A stretch of 64,000 nt of DNA from a virus. Shown here in pieces: positions 31,197 to 39,791 of this stretch. The stretch spans positions 2,932 through 66,931 of IMG/VR virus record IMGVR_UViG_3300015371_000028, one strand, 5' to 3'. Below the pieces are notes generated by a model. That model saw nothing but the letters and a program-made list of their open reading frames with translations, did not search any database and was not told where the DNA came from. How positions within the stretch are numbered: position 1 is the first letter of the stretch; every line of letters starts with the position of its first letter. Made by a program: the position numbers and the translations under genes.

Positions 31197-31328
31197 ATGC
31201 TCACCTTGCTCAATCTGAATGCCGCGAACGACACACTCTTTAGCGTTTTCTTGGTGGCTGGGATCGTCTATTTCTGTGTCGGTGTGATCGCGTTTTTGCT
31301 CGGTCGTCCGTGGGGTCCGCGTCCGTAG
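31197..31328 (+). CDS. Small membrane protein, 43 aa
   Basis: AAGGAG RBS; MLTLLNLNAANDTLFSVFLVAGIVYFCVGVIAFLLGRPWGPRP. Confidence 0.6.
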   Translation: MLTLLNLNAANDTLFSVFLVAGIVYFCVGVIAFLLGRPWGPRP

Positions 31329-31329
31329 C

Positions 31330-31422
31330 ATGAACTGGAGCGGGATGACGGTGCTGATCATCGCCTTCATGATCTGGCTCATCATCTTTCTCTGGTGGTT
31401 GTACTCGGAAGGATTGCGCTGA
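31330..31422 (+). CDS. Small membrane protein, 30 aa
   Basis: MNWSGMTVLIIAFMIWLIIFLWWLYSEGLR; abuts neighbouring ORFs. Confidence 0.5.
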   Translation: MNWSGMTVLIIAFMIWLIIFLWWLYSEGLR

Positions 31423-31544
31423 TGCCATTCAAATCGCGCAAGCAGCAGCGCTTCATGTACGCCAAGCACCCGACCATTGCGAAGCGATGGCAGGCGACAT
31501 ACGGCAATCCGCGCACGCAACGACGCAAGAAACGGAAACGCTGA
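31422..31544 (+). CDS. Small basic protein, 40 aa
   Basis: TGATG coupling; MPFKSRKQQRFMYAKHPTIAKRW.., resembling a common small phage protein. Confidence 0.7.
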   Translation: MPFKSRKQQRFMYAKHPTIAKRWQATYGNPRTQRRKKRKR

Positions 31545-31615
31545 TGTATATAGGCGGCGGTGTGTTGGTGCTGATTTTGATTATCGTGATCGTGGTGCTG
31601 TTGCTGCGTGGCTAG
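31544..31615 (+). CDS. Small membrane protein, 23 aa
   Basis: TGATG coupling; MYIGGGVLVLILIIVIVVLLLRG. Confidence 0.55.
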   Translation: MYIGGGVLVLILIIVIVVLLLRG

Positions 31616-31618
31616 CGC

Positions 31619-31687
31619 ATGTCCGACAGCGCCAAGATCGCGCTGGTGATTTTCATCATCGTATTGATCTGGATGTTGGTTTCATAA
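31619..31687 (+). CDS. Small membrane protein, 22 aa
   Basis: MSDSAKIALVIFIIVLIWMLVS; fills the gap exactly. Confidence 0.45.
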   Translation: MSDSAKIALVIFIIVLIWMLVS

Positions 31688-31698
31688 AGGAGGCGGTG

Positions 31699-31935
31699 AT
31701 GGCAGTTCTGACCACGCGCCGCAGAAAGAAACTGCGCAAATCGACGTTCGGTCTCCCCGGTTCGCGCAAGTACCCAATGCCGGATAAGCGACATGCCGCG
31801 AATGCGAAAGCGCGCGCCAAGCAGCAGCTTAAGAAAGGCAATCTGTCGCGGTCGAGTTATAACAAGATCGTCGCCAAGGCAAACCGCATCTTGAAAAAAG
31901 GAAAGACCACGCGCCGGAAGAAGAAAGGCTCATGA
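31699..31935 (+). CDS. Small basic phage protein
   Basis: AAGGAGG RBS; FGLPGSRKYPMPDKRHAANAKAR, resembling a common phage family. Confidence 0.75.
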   Translation: MAVLTTRRRKKLRKSTFGLPGSRKYPMPDKRHAANAKARAKQQLKKGNLSRSSYNKIVAKANRILKKGKTTRRKKKGS

Positions 31936-32117
31936 CGAAACGCAAGGTCGATAGCCAACTCCTGATCAACGGTTGGCTGATGACGGTGATCGACCTGCTG
32001 AATCGCGCCCTTGACGAACAAGACAACGAACGCTTGCGCCAGGCTCGCGATCTGGTGTTCGCGGTGGCGCTCCCGGAGAAGCAACTCCAACCAGACGCAT
32101 CTGCCGACGCGGAGTAG
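31932..32117 (+). CDS. Hypothetical protein
   Basis: ATGA overlap; last gene of the rightward late block. Confidence 0.55.
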   Translation: MTKRKVDSQLLINGWLMTVIDLLNRALDEQDNERLRQARDLVFAVALPEKQLQPDASADAE

Positions 32118-32178
32118 AATAGGACCGAGGACCGTCGCGTACTTTGTAGGGCGAGGTATAGGCAGACGGTCCTGTCCC

Positions 32179-33297
32179 CTACCGACGCCGACGTTTCTTC
32201 TGATTCGTCGGCGTCGGCTTTGTTATTTCACGCCACATTTCTGGACCCCGGTAGGTCTCGTCCCGTTCGATCCGTGTGACTCGGCTCTTGCGCTCGGTTT
32301 CGGGATCAACTTGGTAATCCTTCCGCGTCTCGCCGCTGCTCTTCAGGCCGCGCGCATGTCCCTCGATCCAAAACGTTCCAACCCCGTCACTGAGCCGACC
32401 GAAGCGCGGCGCGGACTCCCGGTAGGTGACGGGATGCCCGCGCACGGTGTGGAACGGCATCGTAAATCCGGTTGGTTGTGACTTGCTGGACTGTTGGTAG
32501 TTCTTGCCCGCCGAGAGGGGACGGACGACGAGCGTGTGATAGGAGACGAAGGGCGGCTTTTTGCGCCGGATTCTCGCTTGTTGTAACTTTGGCGGGCGTG
32601 TAATAACCTCGGTGCTGATGTTGCGGATATTGAGCAACCCAACCCCGCAGTAGAGCGGCATGATGTAGTTCGTGGCGATGAACGCTTGCACCTGCACATC
32701 GCTCCCGAACCCGGCGTCGCGACAGTATTCGACGATGGTCTCGCTCATCGGCACGATGTGAATGAGCAGATGGTCGCGGTCGTCATCTTCCCCGGCAAAG
32801 GTACCGTCCGCGCGCAAACCGAGCACCCAGGAGGCAATCGGTCCCGCTGGAATGGTCCCCGCACGGGAGTTCCCCCACGAACAAAAGAGCGTCCCGACAT
32901 GGACGGTGGCGACCGCATCGTCCTCCCACAGTCCATCCATGTAATTCCACTCGGTCATCAGATCGGCGGCATCAGCTTCTTCGACATACATCCCCCAGGC
33001 GAGTGACATCCCGTGGATTTCTTGGGCGAGGTCACTCTTGACTTTGCTCATGTCGGCCTTCTCATGACATTCAAACCAACAGGCGCGGAAGGGGAGTCGG
33101 AAGCTCGGCAGATCATTGAGGGAGAGTTCGCGGTTGAGAAACTTCACTCCTGCCGGTGAGACATCAAAGACCTGCACCCGGTCATCCTGGGCAATGCGGT
33201 CGATCATCGTTTCCACCGACTGCCAATTGAAATGGACTGCTTTGTACGGATCGCTGATGACGCCGTACTCGCGGATTTCATCAAGCAGGAGACTCAT
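32179..33297 (-). CDS. Hypothetical protein
   Basis: 372 aa; RLPFRACWFE and HTVRGH..FWIEGHARG motifs seen in phage hypotheticals. Confidence 0.7.
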   Translation of the reverse strand: MSLLLDEIREYGVISDPYKAVHFNWQSVETMIDRIAQDDRVQVFDVSPAGVKFLNRELSLNDLPSFRLPFRACWFECHEKADMSKVKSDLAQEIHGMSLAWGMYVEEADAADLMTEWNYMDGLWEDDAVATVHVGTLFCSWGNSRAGTIPAGPIASWVLGLRADGTFAGEDDDRDHLLIHIVPMSETIVEYCRDAGFGSDVQVQAFIATNYIMPLYCGVGLLNIRNISTEVITRPPKLQQARIRRKKPPFVSYHTLVVRPLSAGKNYQQSSKSQPTGFTMPFHTVRGHPVTYRESAPRFGRLSDGVGTFWIEGHARGLKSSGETRKDYQVDPETERKSRVTRIERDETYRGPEMWREITKPTPTNQKKRRRR

Positions 33298-33313
33298 GTC
33301 GCCCTTCTCCTGA

Positions 33314-33667
33314 CTAACTCTCGACCGGATGGATCAGCGGCACGAACTGACTGTAGGCGGTAAAGATCGCGATTCGTTCCTCCTGCGTGAACGTTTTCGT
33401 TTCCAGTTCACAGAGCGGCATCCCGTTGACGTACATGATGTCGCTGAGCCGGTCGATCACGCGCGTGCGGAGATCGTGATCGGAGATCGCCTGCACGATC
33501 TTCATCCATTGCGACGGACGCGTGACGAGCGCGACGTTCGCTGCCGTCACCATCTCGTCCATGACCGCTGTCGATGGTGTCCCGTCCCAGATGCCCTGAT
33601 GCAGTCGCACCAGCGCCTTCCTGAAGCTCTCTTCTAAGTCGTCTTGCCCCGGTGGTTTCTTGCTCAT
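33314..33667 (-). CDS. Hypothetical protein
   Basis: Coupled in the leftward operon. Confidence 0.6.
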   Translation of the reverse strand: MSKKPPGQDDLEESFRKALVRLHQGIWDGTPSTAVMDEMVTAANVALVTRPSQWMKIVQAISDHDLRTRVIDRLSDIMYVNGMPLCELETKTFTQEERIAIFTAYSQFVPLIHPVES

Positions 33668-34272
33668 ACGTGTGCCTGTTTCTTGTCGCTTTCAATCGTG
33701 CGCTTCAAGCCGAACGCGATAATGGACCGTGGTTCTTTCAATGCGAGGGAGAGCCACCATTTCCCCGATGGTTGCCGCAACAACGCGCGTTCGGTCCGCA
33801 AGAGCAACGCTTCCATCCGCTCGGCGCGAACGGATGACATCGTGCCTGCTTGGACCGCGATCTGGTAGCTGATGATCTGCTGGCGTATCTCTTCGCGGAG
33901 CATCGGGACAATCCGCGTACGCACGCGTTCGCCGTCGAAGCGTTCGTCGCGCGTGCCGGTCAACGGGGGAAGTTGACCGGTGAGCGCTCGCTGGCGCTCC
34001 TTCTCTAGCGCTTTCTGACAATTCATGCACAGTTCACCGGCAATGCGGTTCCGGATACCGGAGCGGTCTGCGGGCGGGTGACGCTTCAGATTATGGCCGA
34101 CGGTGTGGCCGCAGCAATGCAGTATCTCAGTGAGGTCAGACTTCGGCTTATCCGATGTTTTGGGTTTCGGTGGTTTGACGGCTTGTTGTTGCTCGTAGGT
34201 TCTATCACCGTGCAATCGTTTCTGCGCGCCTATTTTCTTATGGTCTTCGTAGGTTAGCTTGCGTTGTCTCAT
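33664..34272 (-). CDS. Hypothetical protein with CCGH..CMNC metal motif
   Basis: ATGA overlaps; Cys/His pattern. Confidence 0.6.
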   Translation of the reverse strand: MRQRKLTYEDHKKIGAQKRLHGDRTYEQQQAVKPPKPKTSDKPKSDLTEILHCCGHTVGHNLKRHPPADRSGIRNRIAGELCMNCQKALEKERQRALTGQLPPLTGTRDERFDGERVRTRIVPMLREEIRQQIISYQIAVQAGTMSSVRAERMEALLLRTERALLRQPSGKWWLSLALKEPRSIIAFGLKRTIESDKKQAHV

Positions 34273-34469
34273 GCCTGATGAACTCCTTGGTCGTAGAGCG
34301 CTCGCTCGTCCTGACTTTCATGGAACGTAATGGCACAGGCTTTGTGGCCCATCGCGAGAATCATCTGCATCTCATGGAGTGCATCCTCCTTGTCCTGTTG
34401 CGCGGTGACGTGCCACGCTCCAGTCTCTTTGTCTTTCCAGACGACGAGAAAATACGTGCCGTTCGTCAT
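34269..34469 (-). CDS. Hypothetical protein
   Basis: ATGA overlaps on both sides. Confidence 0.55.
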   Translation of the reverse strand: MTNGTYFLVVWKDKETGAWHVTAQQDKEDALHEMQMILAMGHKACAITFHESQDERALYDQGVHQA

Positions 34470-34789
34470 GACTGGGCCTGCCTCTCGGCGCTATCGAGCA
34501 TGTCATCCACCTGACTGGCGCTCATGATGCGGATAATGCGGTGCTCGGTGCCTTTGAGAAAATGAAGCCTGGTTAATCGGTCATAACCACACTCCTCTGA
34601 GAGGGCGGCGTATTTCTCGTCTGAGATGACGACCAGAACCTCTTCACCCGGCGGACCACCGAGCACGCCACTCGCCTCTAGCCCAACCTTGAAGTCATCA
34701 AGCATTGGCGTTGTGCCGGGGGCGGGAAGATTGACCGACGTTTCGTAGGGGCCGTCTGCTTTCAGCCGGTTCTTTTTCTTCTTCGCCAT
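34466..34789 (-). CDS. Hypothetical protein
   Basis: Start chosen at MAKKKK. Confidence 0.55.
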   Translation of the reverse strand: MAKKKKNRLKADGPYETSVNLPAPGTTPMLDDFKVGLEASGVLGGPPGEEVLVVISDEKYAALSEECGYDRLTRLHFLKGTEHRIIRIMSASQVDDMLDSAERQAQS

Positions 34790-34820
34790 CGCCCACTCAC
34801 TTTCTGCGGTAATATTGGCA

Positions 34821-35279
34821 TTACACCGCTGAAATGTCCCACTCACCGGGAAACTGCCAAAGATGCCAAACATACTGTGCGACGTTGACGTATTTTTCGT
34901 GTTTGGGATGCACCTGAATCACATCGACATCGGGCGGGAAGAACGCATCGCGCAACGCGTTCATTTCACTCCAGGTCGGCTCCCGGTCGGGAAACTTAAT
35001 CGAGATGTGAAAGATGTTGAGACCGCTCGCGCGTTCGCGGGTTTCTCCGGCGAAGACGCGAATGCCACAACCTTCATAGACCGCGAGGCCGAGTCCTTGC
35101 TTGACGATGGGAATCTGTTCAATGCCCCAGCCGATGCGCGGGTGATAGACAACCTTCTGCTTGCGTGCCTCATCGACACTGATGTCGTAGTCAGCGCGTC
35201 TCAATTCGCCGTTGAAGGGTGGCCCGAGGGGAACGTTCCCCTCGGGCACCTTGATCCGTTTGATCTTGGCGATTCTCAC
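34821..35279 (-). CDS. Conserved phage hypothetical protein
   Basis: HISI..DREPTWSEM..QVHP..YVN..HLW pattern; GTGA overlap. Confidence 0.6.
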   Translation of the reverse strand: MRIAKIKRIKVPEGNVPLGPPFNGELRRADYDISVDEARKQKVVYHPRIGWGIEQIPIVKQGLGLAVYEGCGIRVFAGETRERASGLNIFHISIKFPDREPTWSEMNALRDAFFPPDVDVIQVHPKHEKYVNVAQYVWHLWQFPGEWDISAV

Positions 35280-36028
35280 GCCCTGACCTCTAGCAGATCG
35301 TCGTAGAGCGTGACCACGCTCGGCCACACATCGTCGGTGGGGAACGTGTGTCCATCCACGAGGCCGATCAGATTATTGAATTCGTGGCTGACCGAAAATC
35401 GCGGCGTGATGAGGCGATCTGGCCCCACCGTTTGTCGCATCATGACTTCGAGAAAATCGAGTTCGCCGCTGATTTCATGGCTTCGCTGCGGGAATGAGGC
35501 GATATTCGTGAACCGTTCGCTCTCGCTCAGGCGGTCCAGTTCCCGGCGCAACTGCACTTGCTTGCGCCGGGCTTCGTTCATTGCATCATCGTCGTGCTGA
35601 TGTACGAAATTCGTGTTGTACCAGTCCATCATCGCCGGACCGATCAACTTGTCTTCCAACGCGATGTGCAACGCCTTGCCGGTAAACTCGTTCCGCAATC
35701 GCTCGTAGAGGATCACAACGCGCTTCCGCTTGATGTCGATTGGCTCATCCGCCGTTCCCACCATCTTCGGGACCAACGGGATCATCTCCTGTCGGACCAA
35801 CTCCGGCGCGTTGTCATTGATGTAAATCCCGAAGCCCATCAGACTGTCATCGACACAGCGGGGCGAATCGCCCCACGGCAGATCGCACACCCAACTGACT
35901 GCTTCCATGACGCACATCTTGTAGTCGCGATTCCCACGACTCGGCGGGTTGTGAGCGCCCTGGTCGAGTTCGGTTACGCGTGCGAGTCGATAAGGGCTGA
36001 TTCCTTGCTCGTTCAGTATCAGCGGCAT
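35276..36028 (-). CDS. Hypothetical protein
   Basis: MCVMEAVSW..D.PRCV..IND motif of a recurrent phage family. Confidence 0.65.
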   Translation of the reverse strand: MPLILNEQGISPYRLARVTELDQGAHNPPSRGNRDYKMCVMEAVSWVCDLPWGDSPRCVDDSLMGFGIYINDNAPELVRQEMIPLVPKMVGTADEPIDIKRKRVVILYERLRNEFTGKALHIALEDKLIGPAMMDWYNTNFVHQHDDDAMNEARRKQVQLRRELDRLSESERFTNIASFPQRSHEISGELDFLEVMMRQTVGPDRLITPRFSVSHEFNNLIGLVDGHTFPTDDVWPSVVTLYDDLLEVRA

Positions 36029-36122
36029 AATGTTCCCCGTTTCTTGCTAATGTTGACTGCCGAGAATCCCTGCGATGTGCCTCCCGTTCGGTGCATCACC
36101 CCCTTTCCCGTGATCGCCACAC

Positions 36123-36872
36123 TCAAATGTGGGCGTCAATCAAAACTGCATAACAGTTGGTATGACCGGAAACAACCTCATAACGTTCGGCGTCCCAATC
36201 CTGTGGCTCCTTCTTATTTATGGACATTGCCCAATAACCCATTTGGCCCTTCTCGTGCCACTCACCGTCCTCGGTCACAATCGCCCAGACGCTCCAATCT
36301 GCGGGCAACTCCGTGACCTTGACGATGTATTGGTCGGCACCGTCCCAGCCTTCCCAGCGACCATTGATCGTCCACCAATCCCAGCGGCTCTTCGGGTTGT
36401 ACCGACTCGTGTATCTGCCCTTCCCGAAGCAGGACTGACAGGTGGGATCGGGCGCGTCTTTGAGCGGATGCGTCTCAAAGTAGGCGCGTTCCGTCGCTTC
36501 CCACGGTTTCAGCATCTCGTTCCACAGGGCTTGAAGTTTCTGGTTGTACGCGTCGAGTTCATCGAAGAAGGCATCTTTTTGTTCATCGCTGGCGAATTCG
36601 GTCGGTTGTTCGGGATAGGTCCAGCCGCGTTCTTCCACGACCTTCCGATGAGCGATGCGCAGGTCATCAATGGTGCCGTTGATCTGGGATGCGTACGTGT
36701 GCGCTGCCTCTTTCGCTGCGCGTCCGATGCAATAACAGATGCGGTCGTATTCCGGCACTTCCTTGTTCTCGTCGTATTCCGCGAGCCGTTCGTTAATCGC
36801 CATTTCGACAGCATCACTGTCGTTAATATCAGTGTCGCCGGGAATCAGCACCATCAAACCAAAATGCGTCAC
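36123..36872 (-). CDS. Hypothetical protein
   Basis: THF N-terminus, YNPKSRWDWWTINGRW, DGEWHEKG, C-terminal DAHI. Confidence 0.7.
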   Translation of the reverse strand: MTHFGLMVLIPGDTDINDSDAVEMAINERLAEYDENKEVPEYDRICYCIGRAAKEAAHTYASQINGTIDDLRIAHRKVVEERGWTYPEQPTEFASDEQKDAFFDELDAYNQKLQALWNEMLKPWEATERAYFETHPLKDAPDPTCQSCFGKGRYTSRYNPKSRWDWWTINGRWEGWDGADQYIVKVTELPADWSVWAIVTEDGEWHEKGQMGYWAMSINKKEPQDWDAERYEVVSGHTNCYAVLIDAHI

Positions 36873-37252
36873 GACGTGCCCCCTTTCGTTGTCAGGTAGC
36901 GGATTGCCGCTCCCACCAATTCGACCGCCTGCTTGTGCCCTTCGCGGGCGTCAGCGGCAGTTACATACCGCTGTTGGTATTCAAACAACGGATGATCCTC
37001 GGGCACGCCGAAGATCATCGTTTCAAAGAGCATTGGTGGCCCTTCCCAGGCATGATCGAGCGCGAGAAACACGGTCGAGACCCAAATGTGCTCATCGGTT
37101 GCGGTCTCCACCCACGCGTCCGGCACCAGCATGGTCGTCAGATCGACCCGTGCTTGGTCGCGATCTTCAAACGAGCCGAATTGGAAGTTCGCAACCGGGT
37201 AGACGGCATCAGTTTGTCGATCCCATGCGTAATACGTTGGTCGGTGATCCAT
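36869..37252 (-). CDS. Hypothetical protein
   Basis: VSTVFLALDH..PMLFETMIFG..RY.T..A..GH phage motif. Confidence 0.7.
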   Translation of the reverse strand: MDHRPTYYAWDRQTDAVYPVANFQFGSFEDRDQARVDLTTMLVPDAWVETATDEHIWVSTVFLALDHAWEGPPMLFETMIFGVPEDHPLFEYQQRYVTAADAREGHKQAVELVGAAIRYLTTKGGTS

Positions 37253-37291
37253 GTGCCGTCTCCCCGGTCACGTGCTCTCCCACCAGTTTAT

Positions 37292-37320
37292 AGTCTAACA
37301 TACGTGTGAGCTTATGTCAA
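37292..37320 (-). promoter_or_regulatory. Sigma70-like promoter
   Basis: Minus strand TTGACA-17 nt-TAGACT with an extended -10 TG. Confidence 0.6.
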
Positions 37321-38097
37321 GTCAGGTGAGGTGAGGGGCGCAAAGGTCTGACCCAGGCCGACATACGCATCGACCAGGGCGTGATCGAATGCTCGCTTGG
37401 TGAGCGGCATCCGGCCTTCTCCGAGCTTGATGATGTTGTCGGTCGGCGCGGCAACGAGGAAGGTGAAGAAGTCGTCATCGAGCCAGGATGGAACCCAGGC
37501 ACCGGAACGGCAGACGAAGATCGCATCGAAGACCGGAAGATTGCGAAAGGTGGCACGACCGGTCAGCTTGCGGTCATAGGTGAAGAGCAGATTATCCAGC
37601 GCCTCCTGACTGAGCGCGATCCTATCCAGGTCGGCATGTCTGCGATGCCAACTTGGATAGCGGATATGGACGGTTGGCTGAACATAGACCGCGTACCAGA
37701 GGAGCCAGGAGCCGCATTCGATGATGCCGTTTCGCACGTTGTCGAGCGCATCGTCGTAGTAGCCGAGGTCATGGTGCGCGTCGAAACTCCAGATCACCGG
37801 TTCGTCGGTGTCCCACACCATCGGCTCGTAGATACGAGAATCGACCGCAAACGCGTGCGATTCCGCGACATAGAGCGGCGCATCGGGCACGCACTTGATT
37901 CCCTCCCAAAACCAGGTCTCATGGCCGGTCGTGCGCGGCAGTTTCACTCCCGCGTTGTGAAATGCCGCTGCCCGAATTTCCCAGAGATCATTGATGAAGA
38001 GCGGCGCTTCACGATGGCCCCAATCATAGAGAAAGCCTTTTTCGTAGCCATCCCGATCCGCAAAGAAAAAATCCCAATCGACGCTCAAAAGGTTCAC
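37312..38097 (-). CDS. Arginase/deacetylase-fold (UPF0489-like) protein
   Basis: LSVDWDFF, ESH, FDAHHD and CRS.WVP motifs. Confidence 0.6.
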   Translation of the reverse strand: MNLLSVDWDFFFADRDGYEKGFLYDWGHREAPLFINDLWEIRAAAFHNAGVKLPRTTGHETWFWEGIKCVPDAPLYVAESHAFAVDSRIYEPMVWDTDEPVIWSFDAHHDLGYYDDALDNVRNGIIECGSWLLWYAVYVQPTVHIRYPSWHRRHADLDRIALSQEALDNLLFTYDRKLTGRATFRNLPVFDAIFVCRSGAWVPSWLDDDFFTFLVAAPTDNIIKLGEGRMPLTKRAFDHALVDAYVGLGQTFAPLTSPDLT

Positions 38098-38288
38098 CGC
38101 CGCCTCCTATTTTTGCGGGTGATGGGGATGCTCGGCTTCTCGTCATCCTGCGCAGCGACGGCGAGCATGGCGGCCCGTAACGCGTCGAGCACGCGGAAGA
38201 AGCGATCCCAGTCTGCTGCCGTCATATCGGTCGTCGTGGAAATCGTGACCGTGTGCACAGGAGTCACAGGTATCCGGATGTGCCTCAT
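38094..38288 (-). CDS. Hypothetical protein
   Basis: Overlapping start/stop coupling. Confidence 0.5.
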   Translation of the reverse strand: MRHIRIPVTPVHTVTISTTTDMTAADWDRFFRVLDALRAAMLAVAAQDDEKPSIPITRKNRRRR

Positions 38289-38668
38289 TGCTGATCTTTG
38301 CGCAGATTCCGACGCATATCAGCGGCGCGTTTTGCGTCGATCATCGCTTTCGCTTGCGGTGCCTCGCCGTCAAGCATCATCACCCCCGGTTCGGCCTCAC
38401 TCGCGTCATAGAACGACACCAGGACATACGCGACCTGGCGTTCATCGAGTCCAGTTGTGTCGATGCAGACGAGTTTGAGGCCGTCTCCGACCGAGAGTCT
38501 TCCCAGGTGTCCTTCGAGCCACGGGTGTTCGGTCAGGTTGAAATGCCGTTCCACGAGTGCCCACCGGCCCGGTGTGCAACAGTGCATTGATCCTTCCTCG
38601 TGCTCGACTTTGGCTTGTTCTGCCGTGATGTCGGTGATGTGATCGTCATGCTGATCTGTCATTGTCAC
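38285..38668 (-). CDS. Hypothetical protein
   Basis: GAGG RBS; starts just after array A1. Confidence 0.55.
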   Translation of the reverse strand: MTMTDQHDDHITDITAEQAKVEHEEGSMHCCTPGRWALVERHFNLTEHPWLEGHLGRLSVGDGLKLVCIDTTGLDERQVAYVLVSFYDASEAEPGVMMLDGEAPQAKAMIDAKRAADMRRNLRKDQQ

Positions 38669-38685
38669 TACCTCGTCGAAGCAGG

Positions 38686-39010
38686 TTGCCCTGCCTTACC
38701 GCGCCAAGCCCTACCGGGCCATGCCATGCCTGGCCTCGCCTCGTCTCACCATGCCGAGCCATGCCATACCGAACCTAACCTAGCCATGCCCGACCGGGCC
38801 TTGCCTCACCGGACCTTGCCTCACCGGACCTTGCCAAGCCATACCTAGCCCTGCCTCACCCGACCTCACCAAACCGGGCCTCAGCGAACCGTGCCATACC
38901 CGATCACGCCTCACCGCACCGGTCCACACCGCTCCATGCCGTGCACGACCTAGCCATACCTTGTCGGACCCTGCCTTGCCATACCGCGCCACGCCAAGTC
39001 CGACCCTGCC
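38686..39010 (-). repeat. GGY-NN pentamer array A1 (65 units), candidate guide ncRNA
   Basis: Plus strand reads NN-RCC in exact 5-nt register with no indels; 57 of 65 units canonical by hand count. Confidence 0.92.
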
Positions 39011-39046
39011 TCGGTTGGCTCCCGGCTGCGCTATCACCTGCAACCG

Positions 39047-39111
39047 GAACCACGCCATGCCTTACCGTACCGGACCCTGCCTGACCGAGCCTTGCCCGAC
39101 CCCGCCACGCC
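39047..39111 (-). repeat. GGY-NN pentamer array A2 (13 units), candidate guide ncRNA
   Basis: 13 of 13 units canonical; begins 7 nt after the RAMP-like gene stop. Confidence 0.9.
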
Positions 39112-39118
39112 TTGATTT

Positions 39119-39760
39119 TTAAGGCTCTACTGCTATGGTGATTGCGGTTACTGAGAACCGACCGAATGTTGGCCTAAAATCGCACAACCCAACGAGCCGA
39201 CCGGCTTGGTTAATGAGATGGGTCATCACGGGCAACGGTAGATATTCCGGTGTCGTGATCAACAACTCGAACGTCAACTGCCAACCCTCACGCATTGCGG
39301 GGCGAACGCGGGTGATACCGTTTCGCTGAACGGTCACACGACGACTATCCTCATAATCCCAACTCGCCGTCTTCGGTTGGAATTGAGCCACCACATCAAG
39401 CGCGATCACCCCGGCTTTTGCGAGGTCAAACGCGCTCTTGCGCGGCGATCTTGGGTCTTGCATGAACTTCGCGCTTTGCTGAATCGACGCTGCGAAGTTT
39501 TGCCCAGGAACACCGAGATAACCATCGGCATCCCGGTAGACATAACTTTCCAAGTCATCGGATTTCTTCGCCTTCGACCCTTTGGCTGCTGCTGCTTTCC
39601 CGGCCACTGATGCGACGTTCCAGGCGTGAAACAGCAACGGACTCACCCCGATGATACTGGCGGTGAGTCGGTACGGTTGTCCTTGAACAATGCTATCTGA
39701 GCCACCGTTCGTGACTTGTTGCTCATCAACTGCGAGTTTCTGATCTGCTGCTACAGGCAT
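39119..39760 (-). CDS. Stand-alone Cas7/RAMP-like protein
   Basis: IIGVSPLLFH first strand, GYLGVPGQNFAASI helix start, R.RP..W.LTF, and C-terminal Gly-rich loop AG..VGLCDFRPTFGRF; GAAAGGA RBS. Confidence 0.75.
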   Translation of the reverse strand: MPVAADQKLAVDEQQVTNGGSDSIVQGQPYRLTASIIGVSPLLFHAWNVASVAGKAAAAKGSKAKKSDDLESYVYRDADGYLGVPGQNFAASIQQSAKFMQDPRSPRKSAFDLAKAGVIALDVVAQFQPKTASWDYEDSRRVTVQRNGITRVRPAMREGWQLTFELLITTPEYLPLPVMTHLINQAGRLVGLCDFRPTFGRFSVTAITIAVEP

Positions 39761-39791
39761 TCCCCGTTCCTTTCATAACCTCGCCACAAAA

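Noticed and set aside
37381-38478. Long antisense ORFs (this 365-aa + ORF; also 49002-50060, 44885-45865 and 11790-12662)
   Set aside because: Shadow frames of GC-rich genes on the opposite strand, with no recognisable motifs.
38686-39010. Short decoded matches of A1 to phage proteins (AVPADV near 22258, TAMVR near 51790, DDHI near 38640, MYY/PENP/MSM near 46470)
   Set aside because: Only 4-6 units long or not collinear; expected by chance in 64 kb.
38600-39058. ORFs over the pentamer arrays (38600-38848, 38780-39058; also 39802-39990 and 47930-48521)
   Set aside because: Low-complexity P/A/R/G translations arise because GGY-NN DNA rarely contains stop codons; a period of 5 is incompatible with codon structure and no RBS is present.
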